DNA of 64,000 nt from NCBI RefSeq assembly GCF_009914755.1, contig NC_060928.1. One strand, written 5' to 3'. Every line of letters starts with the position of its first letter. The first letter of the stretch is position 1. The notes below the pieces were generated by a model. It was not told where the DNA came from. It saw only the letters and a program-made list of their open reading frames with translations, and ran no database searches. The position numbers were made by a program, and so were the translations under genes. Shown piece after piece: positions 55,197-64,000 of this stretch. Origin of the DNA: the human T2T-CHM13v2.0 reference genome, Homo sapiens.

Positions 55197-57430
55197 GGCT
55201 GTCCTCAACTTCTTTTGTATTCCTCTAATTTTCAACACAAACTGGAAATTTTTAGGAGACTCTTACTGAAGTATCAGACTAATAATTTCACTAATTGGTA
55301 ACATCATGAAATTAAATCTGAAAATACTAGAGAATTCTGGGAAAATGTTATAAAAATAAATAATCTTAGGGAAAACTGTAGTTTTATTGTCAATAATTTT
55401 AAAATTTTGAGAATTGGTGTTAAGTAACCTGAGTTCTCATACCCTTTTCTGTGGCATGATTTATCAAACAGATTCAAATAAAATAGTCTCTAAGATCAAT
55501 GATCTCAATCTTGATTTATAAAATAATAAGATATTTGTTTTTAAGATAAATTATTAAATCTTAATCATTTTAATTGTGATATTTGATAATAATTTGTATT
55601 TGAACATTTACAGCATTAAATTCAAGCTATATTTCTAAAAATTGCATTTCTAAATTATTTCGTATGGAAATCTGGCAGACTTGTTTGTCTATAACGTACC
55701 AAATCCCAGAATGATGCTAAGATATAATATTTCCTACCAATAATTCTTTTTTTGACATGCTTCATAAAGTTTTAATTTTCCTATATTAAAACTATCCAAA
55801 CTAGAATCTGAGCTTCAGAGTGAAAGCGAGGGTTATCAAATGTGTCTAATTTGTAGCCACAAGGCACAGAATTAATTTCAGACTCAAATGCTTTGGGGAG
55901 GGAAGAAAACTTTATATCATACATGCCAACTAATCATGATTAGGTTATAAAAGATTGCCAAAAAGCAGTTTTTGAGCTGCACTTTCCCCCTCAGCATCAC
56001 GAACCTCTTTTTCTTTCTCTATAGATTTTACATATGTATGTGTTATACATAATATATAATCAGTATATATTATATATCATATATATGTGTATATATATAA
56101 TCAACACAAATTTGTGCACAAACACACATATACACACTAACATGCATACAACTCTCGACATATATGATCAGGTTTCACTCAACTTTTACTACTGTTATTA
56201 AATATTTGTCTCCTAGCCTCTCAGTATTTGTGTGTTCATGTTTCTTCACCTCCAGAGGAAAGGAAAGAAAATGTATGTGGCACAGAAATATAAAATGATC
56301 AGCTTGTTCTTTCACACAAGATAAATGGCAATGTTGACAAACGTATTCTCACTAAGACATAGGGTAGAATCCTTTGCTCTATATTGTGCTGTGCAGTATT
56401 GGATTTGGCGATGGCACAGAGGAGGAGGAAGAGAGAAGGGTCGGGAGGAAACATTCCTTTCTATCACCATAAGATCCCCGTTGCATGCTCTGTCCTTGTG
56501 GATCTGACTCTTCGGTCTTTAAATACACTTTATTCTACACAATCTATCTGATACTATATATAGACATCAACCTGCTCTCTATATCTATCTCTCATTCGTC
56601 TTTGTATCTACCACCTTTTTAAAAAGGCAACTTGAGACAGCATATGAAAAATTATACAACAAAATTAAAATGAGAAAGGTTAGGAAATTGAGTTAAAGGA
56701 AAAAGTTGACTGGGGAAATAAGCTGAGGGGAATGATAATTTAAGTTTAAAAAAATGCTACCTATTTACACTCCCAAGAGGCATTCCAGTTGTTAGTGAGA
56801 AAACTGGCAGGGGTGAGGGGCTTGTCCCGTCCCCTGCTCTGTCCCCACAATCTCTTCCCAGGGACTCATGCTCCTTTCCATAAACACTTGCACTGAAACT
56901 CCAGTCCAGTCCTGTTCTTTCTCATGCAGAGAATTCATTACTATTTGTCTTCTCAGGCATCTGTTCTATGCTTTGCCTTACTACTGTTATACCAGCTCCT
57001 CTCATCCCAATTTCTTGTTGCCTAACATTGATTCTCTCACTTCACCACCTAATCTCTTTTCTTTCTGGTCCAAACAAGACTCTATAACTTCAATCCATAC
57101 AGTCACGCTGCCGGCAATTTGGATCAAGAAAGAACCTTGTGCCTAGTGCCATGATGATGGTCAGGAGAGGACAGACATATTTCTAAAATCACAGGTTGGA
57201 ACTAGATATTTGTTCCACCTATACAGGGAAATGATACTGTCTATATCTTATCTGAAAGCTAACATATAACCAGAGGAAATTTTAACATTCAAGTAATTAA
57301 CACTTTAAGATTTCATGTTTTGTCTTTCAATTATGTGATGTTTTAAAATACCATATGATAGATAAAATGAGAGCATTTTAGAGTGCAAAAGCGTCTTTTA
57401 AGAATATAGCTTTCCCAAACACCTACGTAC

Positions 57431-57529
57431 CTCAGTATCTCCCCCAAAGAAACAAACACAGAAACAAGAGAAATAAAACAAATTCAACCTCTTCATTGTC
57501 TGCATCAATACATACTACTTTTCGCCCCC
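57431..57529 (-). other. candidate spliced exon (99 nt)
   Basis: Minus strand: cttcatcatttctgtgtttcag|GGGGGC...ACTGAG|gtacgt. Confidence 0.35.
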
Positions 57530-58764
57530 CTGAAACACAGAAATGATGAAGTCCCTGTGGAATTAACTGAAAAATAAAGACAAAAAGACTAGAGGAGAAA
57601 TAAATGATCAGTTATCGTTTCTCTTTCTGGCTTTCCCCATAGCTTTTTCAAAAACCAAATGGAGAAAAGATATATTTGTTATTCAGATATTTTACTGTAA
57701 ACATTGTGCTCAACAGAAATATTCTAGATTATCTTTGTCATAGCAATAAGTAAAATTTTCAATGAATTATTCCAAAATTTATTTCATCTATTCTTTTTGT
57801 TCATAGACAGACTCAAATTATGCAGGGTGATACTTCTTTATGATTTATGATGCAATTATTTTAAAAAATAAAACTAAATTTAAGATTTTTAAACTATTAA
57901 AATAGTAGTAGTATTGTAGAAGTACATAATACTATAATATGATGACTTTATAATAATAATGCCAATAGAAATTAAAAGAAAAAAATCACTACTATCCTGA
58001 GTCACCAATAAATCAACCGATTTGAACAATTTTTGTGTTTTTATTCAGTCTTTGCCCATAGACTTCACAATCTATGCAGCATTAAAATCAAAGGCTTATA
58101 ATTTTTAAAAAGTAATGTGGTCATTTTCCTATCCATAAATGAGTGATTAAAAAGTTTATCTCATGACAGGGTTTATATATGAAGTTAAGGTTTTATTCTT
58201 AAAAAATATAGTTTTGGAAGAAAAATGATTTTCTAGTAATGTTAGATAAACACGAAATCCAGGATTACACAAAAATGTCATGTAATTTATTTTTTAAAGT
58301 TTAGGCAACAAATTTTTAAAGTTTATTTGCCATCATTTCCTTATCATAGAGTACTCTAGGCTGGAGGCAAAATCTTCAGGATTTTGCAAGCACTTGGAAT
58401 TTTAATTGTTACGATTTTATGTTTCCCTCCTCAAGGCTATTGATTCTGCAGCATATTCATGAAATCCTTTCACCTGGTTCAATCATAATTTTAATTGGAA
58501 TTTGTTTTAGTAAATGTTTAGTAAATTATAGGAAAAAATAATTCCAAATGTGTAATAAAGGAATTATATATATTTAAACAAAAGCATGACTTGGTTTCAT
58601 TGAAATAAACAAAATGATAAGGTAGCCACACATGGCCAATGTCTCTTGTGTCTTTTCCATCTAAATTACATTACCAGAAATAAATCAGATTCTGAATTGT
58701 CTGGCAACTGGTGGTGAGAGAAAGGAGGGGCACAGATTATGACAGATGAAATGGACAAAGATTT

Positions 58765-58794
<30 letters not shown>
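58765..58794. repeat. (TG)n microsatellite
   Basis: About 11 perfect TG units plus a degenerate tail. Confidence 0.9.
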
Positions 58795-58795
<1 letters not shown>

Positions 58796-59289
58796 TGTGA
58801 AAAAGTTGTTGACGATTTTATTGTGATAGGTTTGTAGACTAGTTTTTTAAATAATTTTTTCATCAGAAAGTTAATTTTGCTTCTTACCACACTTACATGA
58901 AAATTCTACAGTATGTGTAAAATAGAAGTGTGTTTCTATATATGCATGTGTAATAGCTGACGAAGAAAAATAAAGAGTTGACAGAAAAAACGGAGTATAT
59001 CTTACATATCTCAGAAATAAGGAGAACCTATATGTCCCAGAAGTTATTGGTCATGGTAAGTATGTAAGAAAACTTATACATTAAATTGAAAGTTATAGAT
59101 CAAGGGAGATTTGATAGCTATTATTTTCTTCCTCTTAAATGTCATATTATATGTGTATATTAATGCCTGTGTGATTAAACACATAATTCAGTACAATTAT
59201 TTACTTATCCCAAAGTTAAGACTTGGACTTTCTTGAATTCATGGCTATTACTAGTGGTCATCATAATAATGATAATGAAATTATCATAA

Positions 59290-59465
59290 TAATTATAATA
59301 GCTACCCAGTATCCACAGTTTCCACTGTCTAGGTCCTATGTCTTACATACATGTTTTCATTTAATATGTTCCTAATCCCTGAAGTAGAAATTGCTACCTG
59401 TCTTAGAAGAGAAGATCCCAAGGCTCAGCTAGTTCACATAGCTGGTAAGAGGTGGGCCTAAGGAC
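59290..59465 (-). mobile_element. MIR (diverged)
   Basis: ATAGCTACC...TTTTCATTTAAT...CCCTGAAGTAG...TCACATAGCTGGTAAGAGG. Confidence 0.55.
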
Positions 59466-60861
59466 ACTGGAAACCAATGGTATTGTAACATCAAACTGAC
59501 AAGGCCACGTGACAGAAGGATTTTTGGTACTAGCTTTTTGTCAATGTCAGTGAAGTTCTAATGGGCCATCAATGCAAAATTATATGGAATAAACTTACAT
59601 ACTTAGATTAAGTGATAATAACAGACAAAAACCTAGAATTTAGAAATTTCTAAACGTGATTGTTTCAAAATTCCAATTTAGAACTGTTTTCTTATGACCT
59701 CTAGTTAGTCATTAAGATATGTGGCTATATTGACACATGATTATAAATTTAGTTAAATCTAAGTTTTAATCATCTCTTCTTACTGTAAAGATTTAGACAA
59801 TATCTATCAAGAATAACATAATACCTACCAATATTTTATCTACTGATAACATAGTAACATATTTTCATAACTTACTTCAAAATATGATAAGAGATATAGT
59901 TTAAGTTTCTGGCAAGTTCCTGAATGCCATGCTGTTTCTGATTTTAAAATATCTCTCAGATCTTAAAAACATTAATAGAAACAACATGGTCATTTAGTCA
60001 CAAGCATTTTCATTTGTTTATTGTACTTCTATTTTTACCTAATCTAAGTACTCTCAGTTCTTGATCAGAACCCAATGATATTAAATATTGATATTTACTC
60101 TCAGATATATTTTATACAACACCTAACATAAATGAAATGCTTGCCAGAAAATATTCATTCACTTTACACCTACAATTCTTTTTCAGCATACATGTACAAA
60201 AAGCTTTTGGTCCAAATAATAGAGCCTGACAGGATTTGCCCCAGGTAGGCCCTGGAAATGTTTTCCTTTGTGCTGGCCTATTTCTTTGTCACTAAGTCTG
60301 GAAAAAGGAACTTTTCCAGAACTTTTCCCTTGTGTGGCAGTCCATAAAAGAGGTACTATAAAACTGAGCTAGGCACAAGTTATTTGACCATATGACTTGT
60401 ATAAGTTGTCAAAAACACTTTTATTTAGGACTGGAGTTTTAATTTTATTTTTAAAGACTACGTTGTTATAATTTATATTTTAAGTGTTTGGCTAGTGCTT
60501 TTACAAATTAAAACAAATCAGCTATTATATAGAAAAATACACTTTTGTACATGCAGCATTAAAAAAAAGAAAACGTAACTAACTTCTTTCAAAAGCCATA
60601 ATGGAGATGATTCTACTTAGTCCACTTGACATTCCTTGACCTTTGTTACTATGATGAACACCACCCATTTAAAGCATCTATGTCACCAAGCATTTTAACT
60701 TCACCATACAGCTCAGTGCTTAACGGCACATAATGGTATTCCTTGCCAAAATTATACATAACCCACCCCCAAAATTGGTAGTACGCATCACCATACATTT
60801 CACAGTATAGATTCTAAGGTAACTTGAATATGAGGATGAATTGGGACAAAGCTCTACTTAC

Positions 60862-60899
60862 GCAAATGGTTCCGTTGAATGCTGAGTTTGACCTGTAAC
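60862..60899 (-). other. candidate spliced exon (38 nt)
   Basis: Minus strand: ttctgac branch-like motif...aatttgcag|GTTACA...ATTTGC|gtaagt; all three frames open. Confidence 0.33.
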
Positions 60900-62840
60900 C
60901 TGCAAATTTTGGAACATGGTCAGAATAGAACAGTAAACAGTTCCGGATATTTGCTAATGTATGTTCACCAAGTACATGGAATTAATTTAAATACGTATTT
61001 TGAAGCCACTGTTTCTTCAAGGTACTTATATTTGACATAAAGATTAGTAATCAAACTATTTTTAATAGAACACATGTGCAGATTTTAGTTATTGATCAAA
61101 GTATAAGATTAAAAGGTCAGTTCAACATACAGAAATTAGTAAAAAATTAAAAGTACCTAGTGTGGGATTTCTCTATGATATTGCTATGGTATTATAATGG
61201 ATTTGTTGAACTTGAGCTTTACTTTACTTATATGTTGCATGATATGCACAAATATTATCAAGTGAGTTACACAGAGTTCAGAAAAAAAAAGGTTATCTAA
61301 TGGCAGGAGTATCACTTATGCCAATATTTACCCAAAGCCATTCTATTCCAATTAAAAAACTAGTTATTGCAAATGAATAAGAAGCAGTTCAACAAACAGA
61401 ACCATATAACTGGCTTGATTTTTGTTTCATCTAAAACTAAGCATTTTTCTTTTATTTATGATTCTTATTTGCTGTCTTTTTTTCCCTTTACCTCTAATCC
61501 TCAATGAATTTTGTTAAATTCAGACCTCATTACATCTTTTATTAAGATAACCCTACCATTGCTTACTGAGTTGCTTGATACTTTTAAAAGAAATGCTAGA
61601 CAAAATACATTCTCTCCAGGAAATTCCTAAACTCTAACCTTTCAGGGTCATAGAGAGCAGCAGTTTGTTGGTTTGGAAAGTGACCTGAGTTCAGCTCTGC
61701 TCCAAACAAACCTTCAGATGTTATCTGTGTGTTGGCTCAGAAGACTGCACTGCTAACCCATAGAGATCAACAGTAGCATGTTTTATCACTTTTTAGCTTT
61801 CCGTGAATGACATTCATAGGGAAGGAAATATATGCATCGTACGGAAAATGTTCAAAGATTCTTGAAGACTTTTTAAAAATTCCACATTTAGCAAAAGAAA
61901 TCTATTTAAAAAACCAAAAATATCAAACAGAAGTTTATAAGGCTAAAGTGTTAAAGTCCTAATTAAATCTATACACTTCTTATATTGAAATTCAATGATC
62001 AATATATTCTTTAGATAGCTATTCCAGAAAAACAAAAGTTGTGGAACAATCAGTGTTTTCAGTTGAGAAGATGTATTAATATGGCTATCTTAAAATTGCA
62101 AACAATTCACTGTCATTGAACATTTTTATAATGATAATTCATTTTAGAAGACAACTTGCAAAGCAAATTTTAAAAAATTCACGGGGCATGAGGTAGGTAA
62201 TCTGAGAAGTTTTATTTCCTCCTTGTGAAGTTTAGAGATTTAATCACTCATAAAATGAACAACGTTTACTGGAGTGAAGGGAAAGCTACAGTGAATTCTA
62301 GAAGCGTTTTAAGAAAACAACATTTTAACTTCTGTCTGTGCCGCAAAGCAGCTTCACAAAGGTGCTTGCTGTTTTATGTATTGTTTTTCTCCCGAAGGTT
62401 CAAACTTAAAGATCCCAACATGGCCCCAGCTGTAAAAGCACATCTTCCAGTTTAAATTAGATTGACAACTTCCTATAGTCAGGGAGCAAGTTTCAAGCTT
62501 TAAGACTACATCCACACTTAGTCAAAAAAGTCACTTTCCAAATTAATTTTAAACGGGAAAATTAAGATTAGAACCAGTGTCTAAAGGTTTAGGACACTTT
62601 AGGACACTTTATTAAACATATTGCTGGGACATAATTTTAATATATCTTACTTGTGTTAAATTGTTTTCTCCTTTGTGCAAGTGATTTGTTTTCTATTTAT
62701 CAACTGTGAGTTAGACCATCTTCAATTAAACCAACAAGTTATTTTATTATTTGGGGAGTGATGAGGTTTGATAATTGGTACTTATATTGATTCTGTGTGC
62801 TATCAATGAAAACCTGAGTTACCATATTTGACATATTTAG

Positions 62841-63145
<305 letters not shown>

Positions 63146-64000
63146 GACATATTTAATTTAACATGCTGTTGTACAGCAAACACATAGATGCACCAAAAAC
63201 ATGCTGACATAATTTGTATATATTTTGTAAAATGCACTATATATTTTTACCCCTTAAAGCAGCCTTGTAATACAGAATCAAATTCTCTAAAATTAGACAC
63301 CGGGAGGCAGCACTGTCTGGCATCTTCCCAGAAACAGTTGCCAGTTGATTCTGCCTCCTTCACACACTCATTACTACTCCCGAGTTATTAATGAAGCACT
63401 AATAAAATCAAACTCTTCAACTGTCAGATTAGTCAGCAGTTCACAATGACAAAGCCCTGCTTTCCTGGGGCTTTATTAGGTACCCGTGCCTATGCACATC
63501 AGTGTTCATGGAAACATCTCAGAGGCAAACTGATTTGAAAAACTCAGTGGCGCTTAGATTTAGCAGCAGGAAGCAACGCAAAGTGACTAAAACAATCTAT
63601 AACTATTTTTAGGAGTAAATTTTATTAAAGACTCTCTAATTTTTTTTTTAACCAAAGAGACATTATCTTATTTTGCGGAGTAAACATTAAAGCACATTTT
63701 GGATTTTTGTTCTTTGGCACAATGGCCTTAATTTTATCACCATATTTCTTTGCCTCTTTGAAAGTTTCCTTTTATTCTTCTCCCTTTGAATGAATACAAT
63801 GTATTTAATTCCCTGTTTCCTACTTCTTTCGGCAGCAACACTCTCAAAGAATTTTTCTCAAAGAATTCACATGAGGCTCTTTGAAATGGTTTTGGAACAG
63901 AGCAATTTACAAATTCTCACCCTTTCCTAAATATTGTCAGAAGATCACTCCCTTTAGTTTTTTGCATTACTCTTCAGAAATACAGCCTTTGACAAGGGAA

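Noticed and set aside
59015-59061. Plus-strand AG...ATG|gtaagt mini-exon
   Set aside because: No compositional support; shows that exon-like site pairs arise by chance on either strand

Overview
This is AT-rich primate (human-like) genomic DNA, judged from AluJ/S/Y, L1PA and THE1/MST elements. It looks intergenic or deep-intronic, and much of it is recognisable interspersed repeat: 12 Alus, L1PA/L1M and L2 fragments, MIRs, MaLR/ERV solo LTRs, and DNA transposons, including a near full-length dead Tigger4 and a MADE1. I recognise no protein-coding gene, tRNA or rRNA; the supplied ORFs are repeat-derived or consistent with chance. I found no convincing novel biological system. The best leads are a chain of candidate minus-strand exons that splice into one open frame, two minus-strand THE1 LTRs with intact DUX4 motifs, a spacer-less MADE1 palindrome, a local ~83 bp duplication embedded in a pyrimidine microsatellite, and a 52 bp tailed insertion with a 17 bp TSD. 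Repeat subfamily calls come from recalled consensus sequences, not a database search, and boundaries of old elements are approximate.
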